Shown here: positions 47,129-56,220 of the stretch, one piece after another
Layout of the letters: each line of letters starts with the position of its first letter
Numbering within the stretch: the stretch's first letter is position 1
From: an uncultured Chloroflexia bacterium
GTDB taxonomy: Bacteria; Chloroflexota; Dehalococcoidia; UBA2979
Reading direction: 5' to 3'
NCBI GenBank assembly: GCA_963728205.1
Contig: CAVSIV010000001.1
Coordinates: forward strand, 448,001 to 512,000
Length of the DNA: 64,000 bases
Translations under genes and position numbers: made by a program
The notes under the pieces: model-generated
What the model saw: only the letters and a program-made list of their open reading frames with translations
Database searches by the model: none
What the model was told of the DNA's origin: nothing

Positions 47129-48334
47129 GTGGTACGATTCGGCCCGGCGGGATTGCCGGCACGTGGAGCCCGGTGGGGGCGCTTCCTCATTCGCAGACGC
47201 ATCACGGCACCATGGGTTGCGCTCGTCGCGTTCGTCGTCGCGATCGGGCTCGGTGCCGGCCTCGCCGGTGGGCTGATTGCCCTCGCGCTGCATGGTGCCC
47301 CGACCGCCGCCCCCGCACCGACGTCCACCGCGATTGCCACTGCCGCCGCACCCCCCGCGCCCGACGACTCGGCCCGCATGGAGGCCGCCATTGCGCGGGC
47401 GCTGCCCGCCGTGGTCACCGTCGTCGCCGACCTCCCGCCGGAGCAGACTCAGGCTGGACAGCTGCAACAGGAGAATCTCGGGTCCGGCATCGTGATTGAC
47501 GACCAGGGTCATGTGATCACGAACTTTCACGTGATCGACGGCGCCCAGACGGTGTCGGTCGTGCTCACCACCGGTGAGCGCCGCCCGGCGCGCGTCGTCG
47601 CCGACGACTCGCCGTTCAACGACCTCGCCGTCCTGCAGGTGTCGCCGGCCGGCCTGCGCGCTGCGACGGTGGGCGACGCATCTACGCTGCGCCTGGGCGA
47701 GCCCGTGGCGGCGATCGCCAGCGGGCTCGTGACCTTCGACAACCAGGTGAAGGTGGGCGTCGTCTCAGCGACCCACGTCACCTTTCCGCGCCCGGGCATC
47801 ACGATGCTCGACCTGATTCAGACCGACGCGTCGGTGAACCACGGCGACTCCGGCGGGGCGCTGATCGACGGCAACGGGGACGTGGTGGGGCTGATCACGA
47901 CGGTCGTGCGCAGCACGCCCGATGGGCAGGTGGTTGAGGGCGTCGCGTTCGCGCAGTCGATGGAGGTGCTGGAGCCGGTGATCCAGGCGATCGTGTCGAA
48001 CGGGTTCAACCCGCGGCCGCGCTGGGGCATCGAGCGGCCGGGCAGCGAGCACATCGCGATCACGAGCGACGTCGCGCAGCAGCGGGGGCTGCCCGTAGCA
48101 ACCGGAGCGTTGATCATCGGCGTGGCGCCGGGCAGCCCGGCGGCGCAGGCGGGTGTACGGAACGGGGACATCGTCGTGGGCTTGAACGGAAACCCCGTGG
48201 ACGGCGACCATCCCCTCGTGAACGAACTCGAATCGCTCCCCGGCAATGGCGAGGCGTCGTTGACGATCCTGCGGGGCACGCAGCGACTCGTGATCACCGT
48301 CACGCCCGTCCCCGGAGGACCGCCCAGTGGATGA
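47129..48334 (+). CDS. HtrA-like trypsin serine protease with PDZ domain (start uncertain)
   Basis: TM anchor, GSG, TNFHV, DLAVL, IQTDAS.NHGDSGG, PDZ GSPAAQAG. Confidence 0.92.
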   Translation: MVRFGPAGLPARGARWGRFLIRRRITAPWVALVAFVVAIGLGAGLAGGLIALALHGAPTAAPAPTSTAIATAAAPPAPDDSARMEAAIARALPAVVTVVADLPPEQTQAGQLQQENLGSGIVIDDQGHVITNFHVIDGAQTVSVVLTTGERRPARVVADDSPFNDLAVLQVSPAGLRAATVGDASTLRLGEPVAAIASGLVTFDNQVKVGVVSATHVTFPRPGITMLDLIQTDASVNHGDSGGALIDGNGDVVGLITTVVRSTPDGQVVEGVAFAQSMEVLEPVIQAIVSNGFNPRPRWGIERPGSEHIAITSDVAQQRGLPVATGALIIGVAPGSPAAQAGVRNGDIVVGLNGNPVDGDHPLVNELESLPGNGEASLTILRGTQRLVITVTPVPGGPPSG

Positions 48335-50198
48335 CCGCCCCGAGCGTCGCCGCCGCGACCGCGACCAGGACCCCGACGCGCCGAGCGGCTCCGCACGCGC
48401 GCCCTCGCCGCCCGCCGACGGCGGCCGGCGGCTGGAGCCGCCGCCCTTCGCGCCCGTGATCTTCGACGAGGACGGCGGCGGCCGGCGCGGGCGCGGCGAT
48501 TCCGGCGATTACGACAGCGACGCGGGACTGCTCCGCGTGCTCGGCCTGATCGTCGTGCTCGGCATCGTGATCATCGCGCTCGTGCTCCCCGGCTCGCCGA
48601 TCCGGCTGGTCGGCGGGTCGTCGACCAGCAGCGGCGGCATCAAGACGACCGCGCGGGGCGAGATGCCGGCGGTGCCCGACGGCTTCATGGCGCTGAGCAA
48701 GCTCTACGACATCTCGACCCAGCAGACCGCCGAGGGCCCGTGGACGCTCACGGTCCCGCTCGCGGACGCGAGCACCGACGGCCGCAACGTCGCGTTCTAC
48801 CGCTACGACGGGTCGCGATGGGTGCGCATCGCCGGCGTCGACCTCGTGAACGGCGGCAAGGACGCGCAGGGCGACGTGCAGGCGATCCCGGCGAACATCG
48901 CCGTCCTGCGGCGCACGTCGGTGATCGTGACGATGAACGTCAGCGTGGCGAGCGGCGCCGTGCCCGACAGCGCCGCGCTCGGAGCGGCGAAGGTGATCGC
49001 AGTCGGCGCCGGGACCGTGGCACAGTCGTCGGATGGGACGACGGGGACGGTGCGGCTCGACACCGGCGCGCTCGACGCGGCGATCGCGGCGGCGAAGGCC
49101 GCCGGCTCTGGTGACGTCTACATGCGCGTCTCGGCACCGGCCGGCGACGCCGCCGATGCGGTGAACCGCATCCTCGCGTCGCCCGACCTCGTGCAGGCGC
49201 ACGTGAGCGAGCTGGTCGACGCCGCGACGGCCGCCGGCGCGGCCGGCGTGCAGATCGACTACCGCCTGGTCGACGCGAAGCTCCGCGGCGACTTCTCGAC
49301 CTTCGTCTCGCAGCTGGCCGCCGCGCTGCAGGCCAAGCACCTCGGCCTCGTCGTCAGCGTGCCGACGCCGGCCGCCGCCGACACGGGGGCGTACGACTGG
49401 TCCGCGCTGGCGAAGTCCGCGTCGTTGTGGCTGTACGGCCCGGACGACCTCTCGGCGTTCTACGCGCAGGTGGAGGCGGCGCTGAGTGCGCAGCGCGCCG
49501 CCGGTCTCGACCTCTCGAAGGTGTCGCTCGTGATCGACCGTATGTCGCGCGACCAGTCGCGGCGCACGGTGAACGCGATCACGCTACAGGCGGCGCTCCA
49601 GCTGGCGAGCAACCTGCAGACGAATCCGTCAAGCGGCATCGCGCCGGGCTCGGCGGTGACGCTGAGCGCGGCGAACCTCGACAGGGCGTCGGGCAACTCC
49701 GGGCTGCACTGGGATGACTCGGCGCGTGCGGTCGCGTTCTCGTACTCCGACCGGCTCGGCCCGCACACCGTGTGGATCGCGAACCAGTACTCGCTCGGGT
49801 TCCGCCTCGACCTCGCCGAGCGGTTCGGCCTCGGCGCCATCACTATCGCCGGCGCGCAGAAGGACGACGGGCTGCCGCCGACGTGGGACGTGGTGAAGGC
49901 GTTCGTCGACGACGGGGCGGTGACGCTCGAGCAGCCCTACGGTCCGTACCTGGTGCCGTGCTGGAAGGCCTCGGGCGGGACCATCGACGGCTACGGCGCC
50001 GGCTGCTGGAAGCCCGGCATGGAGGACGGCGGCACGGCGACCTGGCACACGCCGGACCAGGCCGGGACGTACGACCTCACGCTCGTCGTGTCGGACGGCA
50101 CGCGCTTCGTCGGCCAGCAACTCGGCGTGAAGGTCGCGGGCGCGCTCGCACCGGAGTCGCGCCCGACGCCGACGGCGACCGCGAGCGGCGGCGGGTAG
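48327..50198 (+). CDS. Membrane-anchored GH18-like TIM-barrel protein (degenerate active site)
   Basis: TM helix; GVQIDY, GAYDW..L, WD..A...F.Y..G.HTVW...SL.FRL.LA.RFGLG pattern. Confidence 0.7.
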   Translation: MDDRPERRRRDRDQDPDAPSGSARAPSPPADGGRRLEPPPFAPVIFDEDGGGRRGRGDSGDYDSDAGLLRVLGLIVVLGIVIIALVLPGSPIRLVGGSSTSSGGIKTTARGEMPAVPDGFMALSKLYDISTQQTAEGPWTLTVPLADASTDGRNVAFYRYDGSRWVRIAGVDLVNGGKDAQGDVQAIPANIAVLRRTSVIVTMNVSVASGAVPDSAALGAAKVIAVGAGTVAQSSDGTTGTVRLDTGALDAAIAAAKAAGSGDVYMRVSAPAGDAADAVNRILASPDLVQAHVSELVDAATAAGAAGVQIDYRLVDAKLRGDFSTFVSQLAAALQAKHLGLVVSVPTPAAADTGAYDWSALAKSASLWLYGPDDLSAFYAQVEAALSAQRAAGLDLSKVSLVIDRMSRDQSRRTVNAITLQAALQLASNLQTNPSSGIAPGSAVTLSAANLDRASGNSGLHWDDSARAVAFSYSDRLGPHTVWIANQYSLGFRLDLAERFGLGAITIAGAQKDDGLPPTWDVVKAFVDDGAVTLEQPYGPYLVPCWKASGGTIDGYGAGCWKPGMEDGGTATWHTPDQAGTYDLTLVVSDGTRFVGQQLGVKVAGALAPESRPTPTATASGGG

Positions 50199-50206
50199 GC
50201 GTCGCG

Positions 50207-50791
50207 ATGATGCGCGTGACGGCCGGCTCGGCGCGCGGCATCCAGCTGCGGTCGCCGCGAGGGCGCGGCACGCGCCCCACGGCAGGCCGGCTGCGCGAGG
50301 CGCTGTTCTCGATGCTGCTGGCGGCGGACGTCGACTTTGCCGCCGTCCTCGATCTCTACGCGGGCAGCGGCGCGCTCGGCATCGAGGCGCTCTCGCGCGG
50401 CGCCGAGCGCGCGACCTTCGTGGAGGGGGATGCGCGGGCGTGCGCGACCATCCGCGACAACCTCGCGCGCGCCGGCTTCGCGGGGCAGGGGCGGGTAGTG
50501 CGCGCGCAGGTCGGCCGCTGGGCCGGCGCCGCGGACGGGCCGTACACGCTCGTACTGGCCGATCCCCCGTATGATGACCCCGCCTCGTGGGGTGCCGTCG
50601 AGCGCACGCTCGCCGGGGCCCTCGCGGCGCACGCGACGGTCGTCGTCGAGCACGCCGCGCGCTCCGCGCCGCCCGCCGCGCTCGCCGGGCGCGCCCTCTG
50701 GCGCGATCGCCGACAGGGCGAGGGGGCGGTCGCGATCTACCGGGAAGCCGCACCGCAGCAACCGCAGCAACGGGGAAAGGTGGCAGGATGA
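50207..50791 (+). CDS. rsmD: 16S rRNA m2G966 methyltransferase
   Basis: MRVTAG.ARG, TRPT..RLREALF, LDLYAGSGALGIEALSRGA, DPPY. Confidence 0.93.
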   Translation: MMRVTAGSARGIQLRSPRGRGTRPTAGRLREALFSMLLAADVDFAAVLDLYAGSGALGIEALSRGAERATFVEGDARACATIRDNLARAGFAGQGRVVRAQVGRWAGAADGPYTLVLADPPYDDPASWGAVERTLAGALAAHATVVVEHAARSAPPAALAGRALWRDRRQGEGAVAIYREAAPQQPQQRGKVAG

Positions 50792-51267
50792 CGATCGCGC
50801 TGTATCCGGGGCGTTTCGACCCGGTGACGAACGGTCACCTCGACATCGCCACCCGCGCGGCCGCCGTCTACGAGCGCGTGATCGTCGGGATCGCGGACAG
50901 CAAGTCGACGCTGTTCACCACCGACGAGCGCAAGGACCTCTTCTGCCGCGCCGTCGAGCACCTGCCGAACGTGAGCGTGATGTCGTTCACCGGGCTCACG
51001 GTGGACGTGGCGCGCGACTGCGGCGCGACCGTGCTCGTGCGCGGTTTGCGCGCGGTGACGGATTTCCACTACGAATTCGACATGGCGCTGATGAACCGCA
51101 AGATGGCGCCGGACGTCGAGTCGGTCTTCATGATGACCGCGCTCGAGGACCTGTTCATCAGCGGGACGCGCATCCGCGAGCTCGCGGGTCTCGGGCGCGA
51201 CGTGAGCGACCTCGTGCCGCCCGGCGTGAACGCGGCGCTGCGCGAGAAGCTGGACGGGCGCCACTAG
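50788..51267 (+). CDS. coaD: Phosphopantetheine adenylyltransferase
   Basis: YPGRFDPVTNGHLD, VRGLR, YE..MA.MNR. Confidence 0.95.
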   Translation: MTIALYPGRFDPVTNGHLDIATRAAAVYERVIVGIADSKSTLFTTDERKDLFCRAVEHLPNVSVMSFTGLTVDVARDCGATVLVRGLRAVTDFHYEFDMALMNRKMAPDVESVFMMTALEDLFISGTRIRELAGLGRDVSDLVPPGVNAALREKLDGRH

Positions 51268-51349
51268 CCGGCTGCGTGCGGCAGCGGGGGCGGACGAGGC
51301 AGCGAAGGCGCGGCGGGTCACCGCAGGGAATGCGCCGGGAGGCCAACGG

Positions 51350-52231
51350 ATGGACTTGATGCACCTGGTGGACCGGCTCGAAGAGCTGGTGGCCAGCGCC
51401 CAGAAGATGCCGATCGGGAACCGGGCGATCATCGATCGCCGCCGGCTGCTCGACATCATCGACCAGATGCGCATCGCGATCCCCGAGGAGGTGCGCGAGG
51501 CGCAGGCGATGGTGCTGCGCCGCGAAGAGGTGCGCCGCGAGGCCGAGGAGGAGGCGCGCATCGTCGTGGCCCGCGCGGAGGAGCACGCCGCGCAGCTCGT
51601 CGAGGCGCACGAGATCACCGAGGCGGCACGCCGCCGCGCCCAGGAGGTGGCCGCGCAGGCCGAGTCGCGCCTCGAGGAGCGCATCCGCGAGGCGAACGAG
51701 GACATCCAGGCGCGCATCGATCAGTCGCGCCAGCTGGCCCGCCAGCAGATGGAGGCGGCGGACGATTACGCGCGCGAGCTGCTGAGCCGGCTGCACCGCC
51801 AGCTCGAAGCGTTCGTGCGCTCGGTCGACTCCGGCATCCGGCAGCTCGAGCCCGACCGCCCGAATGCCGCCCGGGAAGCGCACGGCGAGGCCGCGACCGC
51901 CGCGGACGCCGCGCCGGAGGGCGACGGCACGCCCAGGTTCGCCGAGGACGCATACCCGCCGCCGCTCGACGACGAGGGCTTCGACGAGGAGTCGTCCGCG
52001 CGCGACGAGGAGCACGAGCGCGAGCCGGTGCCGCTGCGCCAGCGCGCGGCGCGCACCGAGCGGCCGGCCGAGGACGACGAGCTGGAGAACCTGCTGCGTC
52101 GCCACCCCGCCCCGCGCATGCCGGCCGAGAGCGAGTCGGGTCCGCGCGTCATCGACGACTTCGCGAACCCGCAGCTCGACGACGACCCGACGCGCTACGA
52201 GGATGAGGACGACTACCCGCCGGAGTCCTGA
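51350..52231 (+). CDS. Coiled-coil (DivIVA/F0-b-like) protein with acidic tail
   Basis: LVDRLEELV...MP...ID...LLDIIDQMR.AIPEE; typical coaD neighbour. Confidence 0.75.
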   Translation: MDLMHLVDRLEELVASAQKMPIGNRAIIDRRRLLDIIDQMRIAIPEEVREAQAMVLRREEVRREAEEEARIVVARAEEHAAQLVEAHEITEAARRRAQEVAAQAESRLEERIREANEDIQARIDQSRQLARQQMEAADDYARELLSRLHRQLEAFVRSVDSGIRQLEPDRPNAAREAHGEAATAADAAPEGDGTPRFAEDAYPPPLDDEGFDEESSARDEEHEREPVPLRQRAARTERPAEDDELENLLRRHPAPRMPAESESGPRVIDDFANPQLDDDPTRYEDEDDYPPES

Positions 52232-52288
52232 GCAGCGCTCACCCGTGCACCCGGTCGCCGCGCGCCCCGGACGCCCCTCCCGGCGCGG

Positions 52289-53065
52289 CTAGCGTGCGGC
52301 CCACATCGCGTCCATCTGCACGCGCGCTTCCGCCATCAGCGCCGCCGCGTTGTCGGACGCGAACATCGCCGCGCCGTGCGCGTCGCCGGGGAGGATGCGG
52401 ACGTCCTGCGGCGGCAGGTCGGCGACCGCGTCGAGCTGGCGGATGGAATCGCGCGCCGAGACGTCGCCGTCGGCGGCGACGAGCAGCATCGCCGGCTCGT
52501 GGTCGCGGATCGCCTGGACGGCGTCGAGGCCGCCGAAGCGCGCCGCGGGCGAGATCGCGACTACGCCCGCGATGTCCGGGTCGCCGGAGGCGACGATGAG
52601 CGCGGTCGTCGCGCCCATGCCGGCACCGCAGAGGATGATCGATCGATAGCCGAGGCCGCGGGCGAAGGAGACGGCCGCCTCCGCGTCGGTCACCAGGCCC
52701 TCGCCGGTGCTGCGGCGGCCGTCCGACGCACCGTATCCGCTGAAGTCGAAGGTCAACGCGGAGGCGATGCCGTCCCGCGCGAGGTCGTGTGCGACCGGAA
52801 ACCAGTCGCGCTGATCGCCGTCGTACTCGTGCAGCAGGATCACGAGGCGCGAGCCGCTCGCGGCGAAGAGCCGCCCGTCGAGCGCGCCGCCGGCTGCGGT
52901 GGGGACGCGCTCGCGGGTCGCCGCGGCGTCGGCGGGCGTGCCGGCGCCGGGGGTGGCGGTCGCGGCGGGCTGCCGGCCGCAGGCGGCGAGCGGGAGCAGC
53001 GCGAAGAGCGCCGAGACGACGATCAGCGCGGCCTGCCGATGCCGGCTCGCCCGGCGGGGGTGCAT
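52289..53065 (-). CDS. Alpha/beta-hydrolase-fold lipoprotein
   Basis: LAAC lipobox, LLH, FDFSGYG.S, GAGMG elbow, AHG. Confidence 0.8.
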   Translation of the reverse strand: MHPRRASRHRQAALIVVSALFALLPLAACGRQPAATATPGAGTPADAAATRERVPTAAGGALDGRLFAASGSRLVILLHEYDGDQRDWFPVAHDLARDGIASALTFDFSGYGASDGRRSTGEGLVTDAEAAVSFARGLGYRSIILCGAGMGATTALIVASGDPDIAGVVAISPAARFGGLDAVQAIRDHEPAMLLVAADGDVSARDSIRQLDAVADLPPQDVRILPGDAHGAAMFASDNAAALMAEARVQMDAMWAAR

Positions 53066-53111
53066 GCGCGACGCGTCGTCGCTCGTCGGCTGCACCCCGT
53101 ATGGCCGGCCG

Positions 53112-55586
53112 CTACTTCACCACGATGTTGAGCAGGCGGCCGGGGACGTAGATCACCCGCGCCACCGCGTGACCGGCGGTCTGCGCCGCGACCTGGGGAT
53201 GCCCCTCCGCCGCGGCACGGGCCGTGCCCTCGTCGGCGTCGGCCGGGATCTCGATGTGCCCCCGGACCTTGCCGTTCACCTGGACGGCGATCGTGACGTT
53301 CGCGCGCCGCGCCAGTGCCTCGTCGAACTCCGGCCACGGCTGGCGGTGCACGGAGTACGGGCGCCCGAGCCGCTCCCACAGCTCCTCGGCGATGTGCGGA
53401 CACGGCGGCGCCAGCATCAGCACGAGCCGCTCGCACGCGTCGCGCCACGCGTCGCCGTCGGCTTCGCCGGCGTCGCGGATGCGCTGCATCGCGTTCGTCA
53501 GCTCCATCATCGCGGCGATCATCGTGTTGAACTGGAACGCCTCGACGTCGCGCGTGACCCTGAGGCCGGTCTCGTGGACCAGCCGGCGCAGCTCCGCCGT
53601 GTCCGGCGCGTCCGGCTTCGCGACCAGCGCCGGCGGGTCGACGACCACGTTCCACACGCGGTTCAGCCAGCGGTAGACGCCGACGATGCCCTCGACGTCG
53701 TACGGCCCGCCCTGGTCCCACGGGCCCAGGAACATCAGGTAGGCGCGGAAGGTGTCGGCGCCCCACTGCGAGACCTGCGAGTCCGGCGCGATCACGTTGC
53801 CGCGCGACTTCGACATGCGGCGGCCGTCCGGGCCCAGGATCTGCCCCTGGCTGTAGTAGCGCGTGAACGGCTCGTCGCCGGGCACGATGCCCAGGTCGCG
53901 CGCGACCTTGTAGAAGAAGCGCGCGTACAGCAGGTGCATCACGGCGTGCTCGGAGCCCCCCGTGTACTGGTCGACCGGCAGCCACGTCTCGGCGGCGTCG
54001 CGCGAGACGGCCCGCTCCGGGTTGTGCGGGTCGGCGTAGCGCATGAAGTACCACGACGAGCACATGAAGGTGTCCATCGTGTCGGTCTCGCGCTTCGCCG
54101 GTTTGCCGCAGCGCGGGCAGGTGGTGTTCACGAAGTCGTCCGACAGCGACAGCGGCGACTGGCCGGTCGGCAGGAACTCGACGTCGTAGGGCAGCTCGAC
54201 GGGCAGCTGATCCTCGGGGACGGCGACGGCGCCGTGCTCGGGGCAGTAGACGATCGGGATCGGCGCGCCCCAGTAGCGCTGGCGCGAGATCAGCCAGTCA
54301 CGCAGACGGTAGTTCACCTTGCGTTCGCCGATGCCCTGCTCCTCCAGCCAGGCGATCGCGCGCTCGATGGCGGCGCCCTTCGAGAGGCCGTCGAGCCACT
54401 CGCTGTTGATGGCGACGCCATCGCCCGTGTATGGCTCGTCGCCCCAGCCGTCGGGCGGCTGGACGGTGCGGATGATCGGCAGGCCGTAGGCCTTCGCGAA
54501 ATCCCAGTCGCGCTGGTCCTCGGCGGGAACGGCCATGATCGCGCCGGTGCCGTACGAGGTCAGCACGTAGTCGGCCAGGTAGATCGGCACGGGCTGCGCG
54601 TTGAACGGGTTGATCGCGTACGCGCCCGTGAAGACCCCGCGCTTGTCCAGCGCGCCCTCCGTCGAGAGGCGCTCGATCTCGGTCTCGTGGCGAACGCGCT
54701 CGACGAACTCGTCGACGGCCATGCGCTGCTCGGGCGTCACGATCTGCTCGACGAGCTCGTGCTCGGGGGCGAGCACGGCGAACGTCATGCCGAACGACGT
54801 ATCCGGGCGCGTGGTGAAGACGCGCAGCCCGAGGTCGTCGTGGCCCTGGATGCGCATCGTGAACTCGGCGCCCTCCGAGCGGCCGATCCAGTTGCGCTGC
54901 ATCAGCTTCACGTGGTCGGGCCACTCCAGCGCTTCGTTCGCCAGCAGCTCCTCCGCGTAGTTCGTGATGCGGAAGAACCACTGCTCCATGTCGCGCGTCT
55001 CGACCAGCGTGTCGCAGCGCTCGCAGCGGCCGTTGACGACCTGCTCGTTGGCCAGCGTGGTGTTGCACGACGGGCAGAAGTTCGCCGGCGCGCGCCTGCG
55101 GTAGGCCAGCCCGCGCTCGAAGAACTGCGTGAACCACCACTGGGTCCAGCGGTAGTACTCGGGGGCGCTGGTGTTGACCTCGCGCTCCCAGTCGAACATC
55201 GCGCCCGTCGACTTCAGCTGGCTGCGCATGCGGTCGATGTTGGCGTTCGTCCAGTCGCGCGGGTGCGCGCCGCCCTTGATCGCGGCGTTCTCGGCGGGCA
55301 GGCCGAAGGCGTCGAAGCCGATCGGGAAGAGCACGTTGTAGCCGCGCATGCGGTAGTAGCGCGACAGGGTGTCGGACGGCGTCATCGCGAACCAGTGGCC
55401 GACGTGCAGGTCGCCCGACGTGTACGGGAACATGGTCAGGTGGTAGCGGTTGGGCCGTCCCTCGACGTGATCGGGGGTGCGATAGAGGTTGTCGGCCTCC
55501 CAGCGCTGTTGCCAGCGGGTCTCGATCGCGTCGGGCGCGTACCGGTCGGCGCCGGTCGTGGACTCGGTGGTGGATTCGGCAGTCAT
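53112..55586 (-). CDS. leuS: Leucyl-tRNA synthetase
   Basis: MFPYTSGDLHVGH, FTTRPDT, GTGAIMAVP, LRDWLISRQRYWG, RMSKS. Confidence 0.97.
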   Translation of the reverse strand: MTAESTTESTTGADRYAPDAIETRWQQRWEADNLYRTPDHVEGRPNRYHLTMFPYTSGDLHVGHWFAMTPSDTLSRYYRMRGYNVLFPIGFDAFGLPAENAAIKGGAHPRDWTNANIDRMRSQLKSTGAMFDWEREVNTSAPEYYRWTQWWFTQFFERGLAYRRRAPANFCPSCNTTLANEQVVNGRCERCDTLVETRDMEQWFFRITNYAEELLANEALEWPDHVKLMQRNWIGRSEGAEFTMRIQGHDDLGLRVFTTRPDTSFGMTFAVLAPEHELVEQIVTPEQRMAVDEFVERVRHETEIERLSTEGALDKRGVFTGAYAINPFNAQPVPIYLADYVLTSYGTGAIMAVPAEDQRDWDFAKAYGLPIIRTVQPPDGWGDEPYTGDGVAINSEWLDGLSKGAAIERAIAWLEEQGIGERKVNYRLRDWLISRQRYWGAPIPIVYCPEHGAVAVPEDQLPVELPYDVEFLPTGQSPLSLSDDFVNTTCPRCGKPAKRETDTMDTFMCSSWYFMRYADPHNPERAVSRDAAETWLPVDQYTGGSEHAVMHLLYARFFYKVARDLGIVPGDEPFTRYYSQGQILGPDGRRMSKSRGNVIAPDSQVSQWGADTFRAYLMFLGPWDQGGPYDVEGIVGVYRWLNRVWNVVVDPPALVAKPDAPDTAELRRLVHETGLRVTRDVEAFQFNTMIAAMMELTNAMQRIRDAGEADGDAWRDACERLVLMLAPPCPHIAEELWERLGRPYSVHRQPWPEFDEALARRANVTIAVQVNGKVRGHIEIPADADEGTARAAAEGHPQVAAQTAGHAVARVIYVPGRLLNIVVK

Positions 55587-55716
55587 CGCTCTCGTCTTCC
55601 CGGGTGGCGCGCCGCGCGGGCATGCCCTGCGGTGAACCGGCGGGCGCGCGCTGAGTGTACGTGAGGCACCCGCCACGCGGGCGCGGGCGATCCTCCCGGC
55701 AGACCGGGCGGATCGC

Positions 55717-55800
55717 CTAGGTAAGGACGAGGAGCGTTCGCGCCGGCCGGGGGCCGGCGACGCGGGGGAGGTGCGCGGTGAACGGACGTATCGCGTTCAT
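55717..55800 (-). CDS. Putative leuS leader peptide, 27 aa
   Basis: MNAIRPFTAHLPRVAGPRPARTLLVLT*; ATG 8 nt after GATACT; ends CTC CTC GTC CTT ACC TAG. Confidence 0.7.
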   Translation of the reverse strand: MNAIRPFTAHLPRVAGPRPARTLLVLT

Positions 55801-55808
55801 GGAGTGCC

Positions 55809-55838
55809 AGTATCCCGGTGGGTGCGAGAGGGCGTCAA
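55809..55838 (-). promoter_or_regulatory. leuS leader promoter
   Basis: TTGACG-N18-GATACT. Confidence 0.65.
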
Positions 55839-55926
55839 CCGAACGCGAGGCGAGGCGCGGGGACGGGTGCTCCGGGCGGTCTGGAGGAGCGCGGAAGGTG
55901 CGTGGAGCGGGCCCGCGGGGCGCGCC

Positions 55927-56103
55927 CTAGAAGGCGACCAGGATGAGGACGACGAGCAGCGGAACGCCCAGGGACACGACGAGCAGCAGGGTGCGGGCCT
56001 GGCGCAGGCGCGCCTCCGGGGAGCGGGTGACGAGCGTGCGCCGCGCCTGCCAGAGCGTGGCGACGACGTACAGCACGAAGAGCGCGACGAGGATCGGGAT
56101 CAT
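55927..56103 (-). CDS. 58-aa two-TM membrane protein
   Basis: Not in ORF track; MIPILVALFVLYVVATLWQARRTLVTRSPEARLRQARTLLLVVSLGVPLLVVLILVAF; GC3-rich codons; TATCAT 8 nt upstream. Confidence 0.8.
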   Translation of the reverse strand: MIPILVALFVLYVVATLWQARRTLVTRSPEARLRQARTLLLVVSLGVPLLVVLILVAF

Positions 56104-56220
56104 CGCCCGGGATGATAGCCGCGCCCGCGGTCACGGGGGAGCGGTTCCCGGCTCCCCGGCGTGCGCACGGTCGCGAGGCATGGCACCCTCAATCGGCGCG
56201 GCGGCGGAAGGCGGGGCAGC

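Noticed and set aside
47163-47182. Alternative protease start GTG at 47173 requiring loss of one G
   Set aside because: Plausible homopolymer error with GGAG upstream, but cannot be decided without reads, so the in-frame GTG was kept
55587-55926. T-box riboswitch upstream of leuS
   Set aside because: No T-box consensus or U-tailed terminator found
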